Source: Eubacteriales bacterium (GTDB lineage: Bacteria > Bacillota > Clostridia > Christensenellales > UMGS416). Taken from it: DNA of 61,991 nt. The stretch is taken from positions 1 to 61,991 of the forward strand of contig JAQUVY010000001.1 of the NCBI GenBank assembly GCA_028693155.1, written 5' to 3'. Position 1 is the stretch's first letter; each line of letters begins with the position of its first letter. Shown one piece after another: positions 1 through 10,462 of the stretch. Below the pieces are notes generated by a model. The model was not told the origin of the DNA, searched no databases, and saw only the letters and a list, made by a program, of their open reading frames with translations. The position numbers and the translations under genes were made by a program.

Positions 1-73
1 TTAAGCCCTTCAGTGCCGACGATACTTGGCTGGACACGGCCTGGGACAATAGGGCGCTGCCGCATCCCAAACG

Positions 74-112
74 AACAGCGTACTCTTATGAGTACGCTGT
101 TTTGTTTTATTT
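74..112 (+). terminator. Intrinsic terminator closing a gene that lies upstream of the window
   Basis: Perfect 12-bp inverted repeat aacagcgtactc / gagtacgctgtt (loop ttat) followed by T-rich tail ttgttttattt. Confidence 0.7.
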
Positions 113-224
113 CGCTGTGCCTGCCGCCATGAACGACTTTCACTACGGAAAAGCCCATATAGAGGCTATAATTTGGCATAAATGAAATTTTTACCTGTAC
201 ATATAAGCTGTTCGTGGTATAATA

Positions 225-233
225 TGGTCAATA
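225..233 (+). promoter_or_regulatory. Extended -10 promoter element (TGgTATAAT) for the glgB operon
   Basis: tggtataat about 30 nt upstream of the glgB start. No convincing -35. The same cgtggtataat string recurs upstream of glgA. Confidence 0.45.
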
Positions 234-262
234 TAACCCATTCTAAATGACAGGTGTGGTGT

Positions 263-2149
263 ATGTTGAACAAAAATCAAGAACTGCCGCTTTATTTGTT
301 TCATCAGGGCACCAACAGCCGGGCGTATCAGACGCTGGGCTGCCATTGGGATGGCTCTCACGCGATATTCCGCGTGTGGGCGCCGCATGCGCAGGCGGTG
401 TCCGTGGTGGGGGATTTTAACCAGTGGGATGAGAACAAAACCCCCATGGAACGGATCACTGAGGGCGGTGTTTGGGAGGGCGAGGCGGATGGCCTTGCCG
501 AATATGACATTTATAAATACGCCATTGTGACCCGAGATGGCAAGCGGCTCCTCAAGGCCGATCCCTATGCCTACCATATGGAAACGCGCCCGGCATCGGC
601 CTCCAAGGTTTACGCGCTGGAGGGGTACGCCTGGGGGGATGAGGCTTGGCAGGAGAACAAGCGGACTTCACAGCCTTATGATCAGCCCATCAACATTTAC
701 GAGCTGCATGCGGGTTCTTGGAAAACCTATCCCGACGGCAGCCCGTTTGATTACCGCAAGCTGGCGCAGGAGCTGGTGCCTTACGTCAAAAAGATGGGTT
801 ATACGCATATTGAGATGATGCCGCTGTCTGAATATCCCTTTGACGGTTCGTGGGGATACCAGGTGACGGGTTATTATGCGGTGACCTCACGTTACGGCTC
901 CCCGAAAGACTTCATGGCGTTTGTGGACGCCTGTCATCAAGCCGGCGTGGGCGTTATTTTGGATATTGTGCCGGCGCATTTCCCCAAAGATGAGCACGGG
1001 CTTTATGAGTTTGATGGGGAATGCTGTTATGAATATACTGATCCGCTGAAGCAGGAGCACAAAGAGTGGGGCACCCGCGTGTTTGACTTTGGACGCAATG
1101 AGGTGCAGTGCTTTTTGGTCAGCAATGCGCTGTTTTGGTTGGATTATTTCCACATGGACGGGCTGCGCGTGGATGCCGTGGCGTCTATGCTCTATCTGGA
1201 TTACGATCGCAAAGAGGGTCAGTGGACCCCGAACCGGTATGGCGGACGGGAAAACCTGGAAGCCATCGAGTTTTTGCGAAAAATGAACGAAGCCGCGTTC
1301 GATGCGTTTCCCGGCACGCTGATGATCGCCGAGGAGTCCACCGCCTGGCCGATGGTCACACACCCGGTATATTTGAGCGGTTTGGGTTTTAATTTCAAGT
1401 GGAACATGGGGTGGATGAACGATGCACTGCGCTACGCGGCCATCGACCCATATTTCAAGCAGTTCAACCATCAGAGCCTGACATTCCCGATTTTTTATGC
1501 CTTCAGCGAGAACTTTGTGCTACCCATATCCCATGATGAGGTGGTGCACGGCAAAAAGTCTCTGCTTGATAAAATGCCGGGAAGTTATGAGGAAAAGTTT
1601 GCCGGTGTGCGCAATTTCCTGGGTTATATGATGGCGCATCCGGGCAAAAAGCTGCTTTTTATGGGCAGCGAGTTTGGCCAGTTTTCCGAATGGGATTATG
1701 CAAAAGCGCTGGATTGGATGCTGCTGGATTATGATAAGCACGCGCAGATGCAGCGTTATACCGCGGCACTCAACCATCTTTATTTGCGGGATCCGGCCTT
1801 TTGGCAGCAGGACTTTCAGATGGAAGGCTTCCAATGGATCGTCAGCGATGATTCCCAGCAAAACATCATCGTGTTTCGGCGTACGGCACGGGACGGAAGT
1901 TTTGTGGTGTGCATCTGCAACTTTGCCCCCGTTACCCGCAGCGCATATCGCTTCGGCGTGCCGCAGGCGGGAGAATACGAACTGGTATTGAACAGCGACG
2001 ACGCGCAGTATGGCGGCGCGGGCGTACCGGTGGTTTGCCGCGCGCAGACACAGGATACCCCGTCCCATGGCTTTGAGCAATCCGTGGAGATTGTGATCCC
2101 CGGGTTGTCGGCGCTGTTTTATAAACCGACGCAGGAATGCGGCGGATGA
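263..2149 (+). CDS. glgB: 1,4-alpha-glucan (glycogen) branching enzyme
   Basis: ORF 254..2149. GH13 branching-enzyme motifs in the translation: FRVWAP, GYTHIEMMP, DGLRVDAVASMLY, MIAEESTAWP, SHDEVVHGKKS. ATG 263 lies 6 nt after aggtg; GTG 254 is the alternative start. Confidence 0.95.
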   Translation: MLNKNQELPLYLFHQGTNSRAYQTLGCHWDGSHAIFRVWAPHAQAVSVVGDFNQWDENKTPMERITEGGVWEGEADGLAEYDIYKYAIVTRDGKRLLKADPYAYHMETRPASASKVYALEGYAWGDEAWQENKRTSQPYDQPINIYELHAGSWKTYPDGSPFDYRKLAQELVPYVKKMGYTHIEMMPLSEYPFDGSWGYQVTGYYAVTSRYGSPKDFMAFVDACHQAGVGVILDIVPAHFPKDEHGLYEFDGECCYEYTDPLKQEHKEWGTRVFDFGRNEVQCFLVSNALFWLDYFHMDGLRVDAVASMLYLDYDRKEGQWTPNRYGGRENLEAIEFLRKMNEAAFDAFPGTLMIAEESTAWPMVTHPVYLSGLGFNFKWNMGWMNDALRYAAIDPYFKQFNHQSLTFPIFYAFSENFVLPISHDEVVHGKKSLLDKMPGSYEEKFAGVRNFLGYMMAHPGKKLLFMGSEFGQFSEWDYAKALDWMLLDYDKHAQMQRYTAALNHLYLRDPAFWQQDFQMEGFQWIVSDDSQQNIIVFRRTARDGSFVVCICNFAPVTRSAYRFGVPQAGEYELVLNSDDAQYGGAGVPVVCRAQTQDTPSHGFEQSVEIVIPGLSALFYKPTQECGG

Positions 2150-2187
2150 AAGCATTATCACCAATTTTCTGATAGGAGCGTGAGTCT

Positions 2188-3384
2188 ATGTACTTGAAGA
2201 AAAACTGCATTGCTATGCTGTTGGCCGGCGGTCAGGGTTCCCGGCTGGGCGTGTTGACCAAGCGCATGGCAAAGCCGGCCATTCCTTTTGGCGGCAAATA
2301 CCGTATCATCGATTTCCCGCTGTCCAACTGCATCAATTCGGGCATCGACACCGTGGGCGTGCTCACCCAGTATCAGCCCTATGTGCTCAACTCCTACATT
2401 GGCAACGGCCAGCCCTGGGACATGGACCGGATCCGGGGAGGCGTAAGCATTTTGCCGCCCTATGTGCGGGGCAAGGACGGCGAGTGGTATACGGGCACGG
2501 CCAACGCCATTTATCAGAATATCAATTATATCGACATGAACGATCCGGAGTATGTGCTGCTGCTTTCGGGCGATCATATTTACAAAATGGATTACGACAG
2601 AATGTTGCGGGAGCACGTGGCCAACAAGGCGGATGCCACCATCGCCGTGCTGGAGGTGCCCATGCAGGAGGCCAGCCGCTTCGGCATCATGAATGCCGAT
2701 GAAGACGGGCGCATTACCGAGTTTGAGGAAAAGCCCAAGCATCCCAAGAGCAACAAGGCGTCTATGGGCATTTATATCTTTACCTGGAAAAAACTGCGCC
2801 ATTATCTGGAGCTGGACGAGCAGGATCCCAACTCCTCCAAGGATTTCGGCAAAAACATCATTCCCCGTATGCTGGCAGACGGTCAGCGCATGATGGCCTA
2901 TAACTTCAGCGGCTACTGGAAGGACGTGGGCACCATCGACAGCCTTTGGGAGGCCAACATGGATCTGCTCAAGCCCAATCTGCTGAATTTGCACGACGAC
3001 GGCTGGCGTATTTATTCCCGCACGCCCGCCCAGGCTCCGCACTATGTGGGCAGCGACGCCACGGTGGAAAACAGCCTGCTGACCGAGGGCAGCGTGGTAA
3101 ACGGCGATGTGCGGGACAGCGTGATTTTCCATGGCGCGCGCATTGCCAAGGGCGCGGTCGTGCGTAAATCCATCGTTATGCCCGACGCCGTGATCGGGGA
3201 GGATGCGGTGGTCGAGTATGCCATCGTGGGCGAAAACGCCAAGGTGGGCGCCAAGGCGGTCATCGGCGGCCCGCCCCGCCAGGGCGATCCGCAGATCGCG
3301 GTGGTCGGCCCGGATATAACCGTAGAGGACTGCGCCATTGTGAAGCCCGGCGAAATGATGTCTGCCGACGTGGCAGCCCGCTGA
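2188..3384 (+). CDS. glgC: Glucose-1-phosphate adenylyltransferase
   Basis: 398 aa. N-terminal [37 protein letters not shown] signature and a C-terminal beta-helix-like repeat region. RBS taggag. Confidence 0.95.
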   Translation: MYLKKNCIAMLLAGGQGSRLGVLTKRMAKPAIPFGGKYRIIDFPLSNCINSGIDTVGVLTQYQPYVLNSYIGNGQPWDMDRIRGGVSILPPYVRGKDGEWYTGTANAIYQNINYIDMNDPEYVLLLSGDHIYKMDYDRMLREHVANKADATIAVLEVPMQEASRFGIMNADEDGRITEFEEKPKHPKSNKASMGIYIFTWKKLRHYLELDEQDPNSSKDFGKNIIPRMLADGQRMMAYNFSGYWKDVGTIDSLWEANMDLLKPNLLNLHDDGWRIYSRTPAQAPHYVGSDATVENSLLTEGSVVNGDVRDSVIFHGARIAKGAVVRKSIVMPDAVIGEDAVVEYAIVGENAKVGAKAVIGGPPRQGDPQIAVVGPDITVEDCAIVKPGEMMSADVAAR

Positions 3385-3398
3385 AGGAGGAGAATGGA

Positions 3399-4508
3399 AT
3401 GAACGCACTTGCTATTATTTTTGCATATGCCAATAACGATAAGCTCAAGGAGCTTACCGAAAAACGAACGCCCGCGTCGGTTCCCATCGGCGGCCGTTAT
3501 CGGGTTGTTGACTTTGCCCTGTCCAATATGATCAATTCCAATATCACCAAGGTGGGCATTATCACGCGCAACAACTATCAGTCCCTGATGGATCATGTGG
3601 GCAACGGTAAGGAGTGGGATCTGAGCCGCAAACGCGACGGACTTTATATTTTGCCGCCCTACGCGCAGTACGACAGCAATATGCAGGAGTACGGCGGATG
3701 GATAGACGCGCTCTCGGCCGCCATGACCTTTATTCGCCGCTCCCGGGAAAAATATGTGGTGCTGACCACCGGCGAATATGTGTGCAACATCGACTACGAA
3801 GAGGTTTTGGCGCAGCACGAGAAGAGCGAGGCTGACATTACCTGCATTTACCGCCGCGACGACCGGGGAACGACCGGGGATATTGCCTACACGCTGGAGG
3901 GCGACCGCATCACCGACGTGCTGCTGGGCGCAGGCGTGGAGGGCGAGCAGAACATGAGCATGGACATGTTCATCATAGAGCGCCAAATGCTGGAAAATCT
4001 GGTTCGGGAAGCCGCCATGCGCGGGCAAAAGAGCTTGGCGCGCGATATTATCCGCCGCCATCTCAACACGCTGAAGATCTTCGGCTACGAGTTTAAGGGC
4101 TATGCCCGCCGGGTGGACAGCGTACAGGCCTACATGCAGATCAATATGGATATGCTGCAGGAGGACGTGCGGGAAGAACTTTTCAACAATCCCAACGGAC
4201 GCATTTATACAAAGGTGCGCGACGAGATGCCGGCGCAATATCTGGAGGGCGCCAGGGTGCGCAACTCTCTGGTGGCCGATGGGTGCATCATTGAGGGCGA
4301 GGTGGAGAACTGCGTTCTTGCCCGCGGCGTGCGAATCGGCAAGGGAGCCAAGGTCAGCAACTCCATCATTTTGCAGAAGAGCGAGGTGCTCGCGGAAGCG
4401 CACCTGGAGCATGTTATCGTGGATAAGGACGCCATCGTGCGCACCGGGCGCACGCTCATCGGCCGGGAAAACTTGCCGGTTTTGATCGGCAAGGGAATGG
4501 TAATTTAA
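3399..4508 (+). CDS. glgD: Glucose-1-phosphate adenylyltransferase regulatory subunit GlgD
   Basis: 369-aa GlgC paralogue directly downstream (VPIGGRYRVVDFALSNMINS) lacking the GGxGxRL loop, as in Firmicute GlgD. RBS gaaggagg. Confidence 0.85.
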   Translation: MNALAIIFAYANNDKLKELTEKRTPASVPIGGRYRVVDFALSNMINSNITKVGIITRNNYQSLMDHVGNGKEWDLSRKRDGLYILPPYAQYDSNMQEYGGWIDALSAAMTFIRRSREKYVVLTTGEYVCNIDYEEVLAQHEKSEADITCIYRRDDRGTTGDIAYTLEGDRITDVLLGAGVEGEQNMSMDMFIIERQMLENLVREAAMRGQKSLARDIIRRHLNTLKIFGYEFKGYARRVDSVQAYMQINMDMLQEDVREELFNNPNGRIYTKVRDEMPAQYLEGARVRNSLVADGCIIEGEVENCVLARGVRIGKGAKVSNSIILQKSEVLAEAHLEHVIVDKDAIVRTGRTLIGRENLPVLIGKGMVI

Positions 4509-4516
4509 CGCTTGGA

Positions 4517-4553
4517 GCGGCCTGCCTTTTGTGCGCAGGCCGCTTTGCTTTTG
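4517..4553 (+). terminator. Intrinsic terminator or attenuator after glgD
   Basis: gcggcctgc / gcaggccgc 9-bp stem followed by tttgcttttg. Confidence 0.6.
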
Positions 4554-4563
4554 CCCCGGTCAG

Positions 4564-4593
4564 GTGACATCAGGCCGTGCGGCGTGGTATAAT
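4564..4593 (+). promoter_or_regulatory. Internal promoter for glgA-glgP (GTGACA, 18-nt spacer, TGgTATAAT)
   Basis: gtgaca at 4564-4569 and an extended -10 tggtataat at 4585-4593. Shares cgtggtataat with the glgB promoter. Confidence 0.5.
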
Positions 4594-4653
4594 GCACATA
4601 AGAGCGCCTGACGAGAGCCCAAAGAGTTGGCCGTCGGGCTTGCCTTTGGCAGC

Positions 4654-4686
4654 GGCCATGGGGCCATGGCGGCCATGGCGGCCGGC
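4654..4686. repeat. Three tandem GGCCATGG palindromes plus CGGCCGGC in the glgA leader
   Basis: ggccatgg ggccatgg c ggccatgg cggccggc read directly at 4654-4686. Each unit is self-complementary. Confidence 0.85.
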
Positions 4687-4758
4687 AAAAGAACGCCCGT
4701 GGGGCAGCGCATTTTGCCGATGGGCATCACAAATACACTACGACAGGGAGGATAAACC

Positions 4759-6186
4759 ATGAAGGTATTGTTTGCTTCGGCGGAGGTATCCCCGTTTTTC
4801 AAAGCCGGCGGTCTGGGAGACGTGGCGGGGAGCCTGCCCGATACCTTGTGCGAGTTGGGTGCCGATACGCGGGTCATCATGCCGCTGTACAGCACCATTG
4901 CGGCAAAATACCGCGATAAGATGACCTATTTGTGCAACTTTAACGTGCCGCTGGGCTGGCGCAACCAGTATTGCGGCGTGTTTACTTTGGTGCACAACGG
5001 AGTCACCCATTACTTCCTGGATAATGAGTATTATTTTAAGAGAGACTACGCTTACGGGCAGTATGACGATGCAGAGCGGTTCTCCTTTTTCTCCAAGGCG
5101 GTGTTGGAAAGTCTGACCCACATCGGCTTCATGCCGGATATTCTGCATTGCAACGATTGGCATACGGCGCTCATCCCCACCTATCTGCGCTGCTTCTACA
5201 GCCATTTGCCCGCTTATTGGGATATCCGTTCCATCTTTACCATCCACAACATTCAATATCAGGGCATTTATGATAAGTCTTTGCTGGGTGAGCTTTTCGG
5301 CCTGCCGGCGGATTATCTGAGCACGATGGAGTTTGAGGGCTGCATCAACCTGCTCAAGGGAGCCATTGAGACTTCCCACATCGTCACCACCGTCAGCCCC
5401 ACCTACGCCGCGCAGATCAAATCCCCCGAGTATGCACATGGGCTGGACGGTATTTTGCGCGCCAACGATCATAAACTGATCGGCATCATCAACGGCATCG
5501 ACACCCGGGAGTTTGACCCGCAAACGGATCCGGCGCTGCCCGCGCATTTCTCGGCGAAAAAGCCGGCGAACAAGCTGCAATGCAAGCTGGAGCTGCAAAA
5601 AATGCTGGGTCTTCCCCAGCGTGAGGATGTGCCCGTGGTGGGCATGATCTCCCGTCTGGTGGATCACAAGGGCTTTGACCTGGTGGAGCAGGTGATGGAA
5701 AGCCTGGTGGGCGAAAACCTGCAGGTGGTGCTGCTGGGCACCGGCGAGGCGCGCTATGAGGATCTGTTCCGCAACATGGCCTATCGCTATCCGGATAAGG
5801 TATCGGCGAGCATTGCTTTTTCCAACGACCTGGCGCACAAGATCTACGCCGGCGCGGATATGTTCCTGATGCCCTCCAAGAGCGAGCCCTGCGGGCTGGC
5901 ACAGCTCATTTCCATGCGTTACGGCACCATTCCTCTGGTGCGGGAGACCGGCGGGCTGAAGGATACGGTGCAGAGCTTCAACGAGTTTGACGGCACCGGA
6001 AATGGCTTCAGCTTTACAAACTATAACGCCAATGATATGCTTTACACACTTCGCCGGGCGCTGGGCTTTTACCATTCCCCCCAGTGGAAGCGTATTGTGA
6101 GCAACGCCATGACCAGCGATTACAGCTGGGCCGAATCGGCCAAGGCCTACATGGGCATCTATTCCCGGCTGACAAAAAGATCATAA
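4759..6186 (+). CDS. glgA: Glycogen synthase (ADP-glucose type, GT5)
   Basis: 475 aa. N-terminal KVLFASAEVSPFFKAGGLGDVAGSLP motif. RBS gggagg. Confidence 0.95.
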   Translation: MKVLFASAEVSPFFKAGGLGDVAGSLPDTLCELGADTRVIMPLYSTIAAKYRDKMTYLCNFNVPLGWRNQYCGVFTLVHNGVTHYFLDNEYYFKRDYAYGQYDDAERFSFFSKAVLESLTHIGFMPDILHCNDWHTALIPTYLRCFYSHLPAYWDIRSIFTIHNIQYQGIYDKSLLGELFGLPADYLSTMEFEGCINLLKGAIETSHIVTTVSPTYAAQIKSPEYAHGLDGILRANDHKLIGIINGIDTREFDPQTDPALPAHFSAKKPANKLQCKLELQKMLGLPQREDVPVVGMISRLVDHKGFDLVEQVMESLVGENLQVVLLGTGEARYEDLFRNMAYRYPDKVSASIAFSNDLAHKIYAGADMFLMPSKSEPCGLAQLISMRYGTIPLVRETGGLKDTVQSFNEFDGTGNGFSFTNYNANDMLYTLRRALGFYHSPQWKRIVSNAMTSDYSWAESAKAYMGIYSRLTKRS

Positions 6187-6206
6187 TTTTAGGAGTTTTT
6201 TGATAG

Positions 6207-8615
6207 ATGGACGGAAACCTTTGCACGCAGATCAAGCAGGAGTTGGATTCCAAACTGCTGCGCTATTTCAACCTCAAGGACGAGGAAACCACGCCGGAGC
6301 AGATGTATCTGGCGGCGGCGTCGGTGCTGCGCGATACCATGCTGCGCATCAACACCGAGTATAAGGAGAAGGTCACACGGCAGCACGCCAAGCGCGTTTA
6401 CTACATCTCGATGGAGTTCCTGGTTGGGCGGCAGATGCGCAACGCGCTGTATAATCTGCAGATCACGGACGAGTTCCGCGAGGCGGTAAAGAGCTACGGC
6501 CACAAGCTGGAAGATCTTTACGAGTTGGAGCGCGATCCCGGGCTGGGCAACGGCGGCTTGGGTCGCCTTGCCGCCTGCTATATCGACTCTCTGGCCAGCA
6601 TGGACATTCCCGCCACGGGTTTCACCATTCGCTACGAGTACGGCATTTTCAAGCAGCGCATCGTAGACGGCTGGCAGACCGAGCTTCCCGACGCCTGGAT
6701 CGACTCGGGCGACGCCTGGCAGATGGCTCGCCACGACGAAGAGGTTGAGGTGCGTTTTGGCGGCCATGTGGAGGAGAACTGGACAGAGCAGGGTTTGAAG
6801 GTGGAGCATAAGGATTACTACACCGTGCTGGCGGTGCCCTACACGCTGCCCGTGCCGGGCTACGGCGGCCGCAGTGTGGATGAGCTGCGCCTGTGGGAAG
6901 CCAAATCCACCGCTAAGATCGACATGAAGCTGTTCTCCAGCGGCCAGTACATGGACGCGATGGAGGCCAACGCCATGGCCGAGGTCATTTCCAAGGTGCT
7001 TTATCCCGATGACAACCATTTTGAGGGAAAATCCCTGCGCTTAAAGCAGCAGTATTTCCTGGTGTCCGCCACCATTCAATACATCGTGCGGCATCATTTC
7101 AAGCGCTATGGCACGCTGACCAACCTGCCGCAGCTGGCAGCCATTCAGCTCAACGATACCCATCCCGCGCTGGCCGTGCCCGAGCTGATGCGTATTCTGA
7201 TGGACGACTACGGCTATGACTGGGGCACCGCCTGGCAGATCGTGACCAATACCATCGCCTACACCAACCATACCGTCATGCCCGAGGCGCTGGAGCAGTG
7301 GTCGGAGAGCCTGTTCCGGATGCATCTGCCGCGCATTTACAGCATTGTGCATGAAATCAACGAGCGCCAGTGCCGCAAGGTGTTTGACCGCGCCGGGGGA
7401 GATTGGGACAAGGTATCCCGCATGTCGGTCATCAACCACGGTTATGTGCGCATGGCAAACCTGTCCATCTTCGGCAGCCACCGCGTCAACGGGGTTTCCT
7501 CGCTGCACAGCGACATTCTGAAAAAGGATACGTTCCGGGACTTTTACAGCATGACGCCGGACAAATTTACCAACGTGACCAACGGCATCGCGCACCGCAG
7601 GTGGCTGTGCCAGGCGAACCCCCAGCTGGATGCACTGATCGAGGAGCTGATCGGCCCGGAATTCCGCACCGATGCTTCCCGGCTGCAGAATCTGAAAAAT
7701 TTTGCCGGCGATACCAACGTCCTTATGCGGCTGGATCAGATCAAACGAGCCAACAAAAGCGCAATGGCGGAGTATATCGCCGAGCATAACGGCATCACCG
7801 TCAGCCCCGACGCCGTGTTTGACGTGCAGGTAAAGCGCCTGCATGAATATAAGCGCCAACTGCTCAACGTCATGAACATCATCGACATCTACTTTGAACT
7901 GCTGGAGAACCCGGATTATCTCAAGCAGCCCCATGTGTTTGCCTTCGGTGCCAAGGCCGCCCCGGGCTATTACATGGCCAAGCGGATCATTCGCCTGATC
8001 AGCGGCCTGTCCGATGTCATCAACCATGACGCCCGCCTGAACGACATGCTCAAGGTGGTGTTTTTGGAGGATTATAACGTAACGCTGGCCGAGAAGATCA
8101 TTCCCGCCGCGGAGATCTCTCAGCAGATCTCCCAGGCCGGCAAGGAGGCCTCGGGCACCAGCAACATGAAGTTCATGATGAACGGCGCGCTGACCATCGG
8201 CACGCTGGACGGCGCCAACGTGGAGATGTTCCAAAACGTGGGGCCGGACAACATCTTCATCTTCGGTCTGCATTCGGACGAGGTGGAGGAGATGTATACT
8301 CGCGGCTATATGCCCACCACATATTATCAGAACGACCCGCGCATTCAGCGGGCGGTGGATGCCATCATGAACGGCGTCTTCGGCGATCGGTACAACGACA
8401 TCGCCCAGTCGCTGCTCACCAGCGATCATTATATGCTTTTCGCCGATTTTGAGTCCTATCGGCAGACCCATCGCACCATGGATGAGCTGTATGCCGACCG
8501 CCTGGCCTGGAACCGCAAGTCGCTGCAAAACATTGCCTGCTCGGGCGTGTTTGCCGCCGACCGCAGCATCCGCGATTATCTGGCGGAGATCTGGCACGCG
8601 GAGCCTGTGGAATGA
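6207..8615 (+). CDS. glgP: Glycogen/maltodextrin phosphorylase (GT35)
   Basis: 802 aa. Pyridoxal-phosphate lysine motif EASGTSNMKFMMNGA, and GNGGLGRLAAC near the N-terminus. Confidence 0.95.
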   Translation: MDGNLCTQIKQELDSKLLRYFNLKDEETTPEQMYLAAASVLRDTMLRINTEYKEKVTRQHAKRVYYISMEFLVGRQMRNALYNLQITDEFREAVKSYGHKLEDLYELERDPGLGNGGLGRLAACYIDSLASMDIPATGFTIRYEYGIFKQRIVDGWQTELPDAWIDSGDAWQMARHDEEVEVRFGGHVEENWTEQGLKVEHKDYYTVLAVPYTLPVPGYGGRSVDELRLWEAKSTAKIDMKLFSSGQYMDAMEANAMAEVISKVLYPDDNHFEGKSLRLKQQYFLVSATIQYIVRHHFKRYGTLTNLPQLAAIQLNDTHPALAVPELMRILMDDYGYDWGTAWQIVTNTIAYTNHTVMPEALEQWSESLFRMHLPRIYSIVHEINERQCRKVFDRAGGDWDKVSRMSVINHGYVRMANLSIFGSHRVNGVSSLHSDILKKDTFRDFYSMTPDKFTNVTNGIAHRRWLCQANPQLDALIEELIGPEFRTDASRLQNLKNFAGDTNVLMRLDQIKRANKSAMAEYIAEHNGITVSPDAVFDVQVKRLHEYKRQLLNVMNIIDIYFELLENPDYLKQPHVFAFGAKAAPGYYMAKRIIRLISGLSDVINHDARLNDMLKVVFLEDYNVTLAEKIIPAAEISQQISQAGKEASGTSNMKFMMNGALTIGTLDGANVEMFQNVGPDNIFIFGLHSDEVEEMYTRGYMPTTYYQNDPRIQRAVDAIMNGVFGDRYNDIAQSLLTSDHYMLFADFESYRQTHRTMDELYADRLAWNRKSLQNIACSGVFAADRSIRDYLAEIWHAEPVE

Positions 8616-10459
8616 TCCAAACAGTTCAAGCAAAATATATTCAGCTGCTCCCCGAGGCCACCACGCCGCGGGGAGCGGTTCCGTATGCCCGCTGCCGGGT
8701 GCCCAGACGCTTTGGCGCCCAGCGCGCCCAGCTGATGGTGTGCCCTGACGGCGGCGCGCCCACGGCCTATCCGCTGCAGTGGAAGGGCTTGGAGAAGGAC
8801 TGCGATGTTTATGAAGGGTCGCTGCAGGCTCACGACATCGGGCTGTTCTGGCTGTGGGTGTGCGTGTTCTCGGGCGGCGAATGCGCCATGATGGACCGCA
8901 TGGGCAACGAGTACGGCGGCGGCAGTGAGGGTGCCGAGCAGTGGACGGTATATGAAGCGGATTTTTCCACGCCGGACTGGTTTTGCCGCGGCGTTACCTA
9001 TCAGATCTTCGTGGATCGGTTTTATCGCCCGGGCGGCATCCTGCAAAAGCAGGACGGGCGGGAGCGCGTGCTGCATGAAAACTGGGCGGAGCGCCCGGTG
9101 GTCACGGCGCAGCCCGGTGATATGAAGAACAACGACTTTTTCGGCGGCAATCTGGAGGGCGTGATTGCCAAGCTGCCCTATCTGGAAAAGCTGGGCGTTG
9201 CCACCCTTTATCTGAACCCCGTTTTTGAGGCGGCCTCCAACCATAAATATGACACCAGCGATTATCTGCGTGTGGATCCCATGTTTGGCAGCCAGGAGAC
9301 GCTCAGGGAGCTGTGCGCTCGGGCAAAAGAACGGGGTATGCGCGTGGTGCTGGATGCCGTGTTCAACCACACGGGCATCGACAGCGTTTATTTCAACGCC
9401 TACGGGCGCTATCCCGGGGAGGGAGCCGCCCAGAGCCAAAGTTCGCCCTATTACAGCTGGTATACCTTTGCCCATTGGCCGGATAAGTACGATTGCTGGT
9501 GGGGTGTGTATACGCTACCCTCGGTCAACGAGACGCACCCGGATTATCTGGACTATATCATCCGGGGAAAGGACAGCGTGGTGCGCCATTGGCTGAACTG
9601 CGGTGTTTCGGGCTACCGGCTGGACGTGGTGGATGAGCTGCCGCGCGAATTTGTAGAGCCGCTGCGGCAGGCGGTGAAGGAAACGGACGGCGACGCGCTG
9701 GTGCTGGGCGAAGTGTGGGAGGATGCCTCCAACAAGATCAGCTACGGGGTGCGGCGGCGTTACTTTTTGGGGCACGAGCTGGACGGCGTGATGAACTACC
9801 CGGCGCGGGAGGCCATCATCCGTTTTGTAAAAGGGGAGATCTCGGCGCAGCGGTGCCGCGATGAGCTGGACGGGCTGTATGCGCATTATCCCCGCCCGGC
9901 GCGCAAGGCCCTGCTCAACCTGCTGGGCAGCCACGACACGATGCGCATTTTAAACGTTTTGGGTTGTGAGGACGCGGACTATCGGATGGATCGGCTGGCC
10001 AAGGCTGCCTATTCCATGACCCCCGAGGAGCTGACCCGCGCGAAGACCCGCCTGAAACAAGCCAGTCTCATGTTGTATATGCTGCCCGGCTCGCCCTGCC
10101 TGTATTACGGCGATGAGGTGGGCGTGCAGGGATTTGAGGATCCCATGAATCGCTGCACCCATCCCTGGGAGGAAGACGATGGCGAACTGCTGGATTGGTA
10201 CGGCGAGCTGGGAAGCATGAAGCGGGAGCATTCCGCGCTGCATGAGGGCGATTTTGAGATGCTGAGCGACGGCTCAGAAGTATGTATTCTGAAACGCAGA
10301 CATGGGCTGGAAACGGTAACGGCCATCGTCAACCGCTCCAGCAAGGCATACACATACCCGGTGAAGCAGGCGGTCACGCCGCTGGCAGGGCGCCCTGCGC
10401 TTAAGGACGGCGGCATTGCTGCGCCGCCCATGAGTGCCGTGGCCTTTGTGGGGGAATGA
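8612..10459 (+). CDS. GH13 alpha-amylase-family glycosidase (neopullulanase- or debrancher-like; subfamily unresolved)
   Basis: 615 aa. GH13 conserved regions DAVFNHTG, GYRLDVVDELP, LGEVWED, LLGSHDT. ATGA overlap with the glgP stop. Confidence 0.85.
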   Translation: MIQTVQAKYIQLLPEATTPRGAVPYARCRVPRRFGAQRAQLMVCPDGGAPTAYPLQWKGLEKDCDVYEGSLQAHDIGLFWLWVCVFSGGECAMMDRMGNEYGGGSEGAEQWTVYEADFSTPDWFCRGVTYQIFVDRFYRPGGILQKQDGRERVLHENWAERPVVTAQPGDMKNNDFFGGNLEGVIAKLPYLEKLGVATLYLNPVFEAASNHKYDTSDYLRVDPMFGSQETLRELCARAKERGMRVVLDAVFNHTGIDSVYFNAYGRYPGEGAAQSQSSPYYSWYTFAHWPDKYDCWWGVYTLPSVNETHPDYLDYIIRGKDSVVRHWLNCGVSGYRLDVVDELPREFVEPLRQAVKETDGDALVLGEVWEDASNKISYGVRRRYFLGHELDGVMNYPAREAIIRFVKGEISAQRCRDELDGLYAHYPRPARKALLNLLGSHDTMRILNVLGCEDADYRMDRLAKAAYSMTPEELTRAKTRLKQASLMLYMLPGSPCLYYGDEVGVQGFEDPMNRCTHPWEEDDGELLDWYGELGSMKREHSALHEGDFEMLSDGSEVCILKRRHGLETVTAIVNRSSKAYTYPVKQAVTPLAGRPALKDGGIAAPPMSAVAFVGE

Positions 10460-10462
10460 GCG

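Noticed and set aside
1-73. 3' end of an upstream coding gene
   Set aside because: A terminator follows at 74-112, so a gene end is likely. However, the three frames give no recognisable sequence and two contain early stops, so I cannot assign frame or product.
2158-8633. Series of long minus-strand ORFs (2158..3408, 3042..4412, 4738..6075, 7041..8633) antisense to the glg genes
   Set aside because: The plus-strand products carry unmistakable GlgC/D/A/P motifs. The antisense translations are Arg/His/Ala-rich with no motifs or RBSs.
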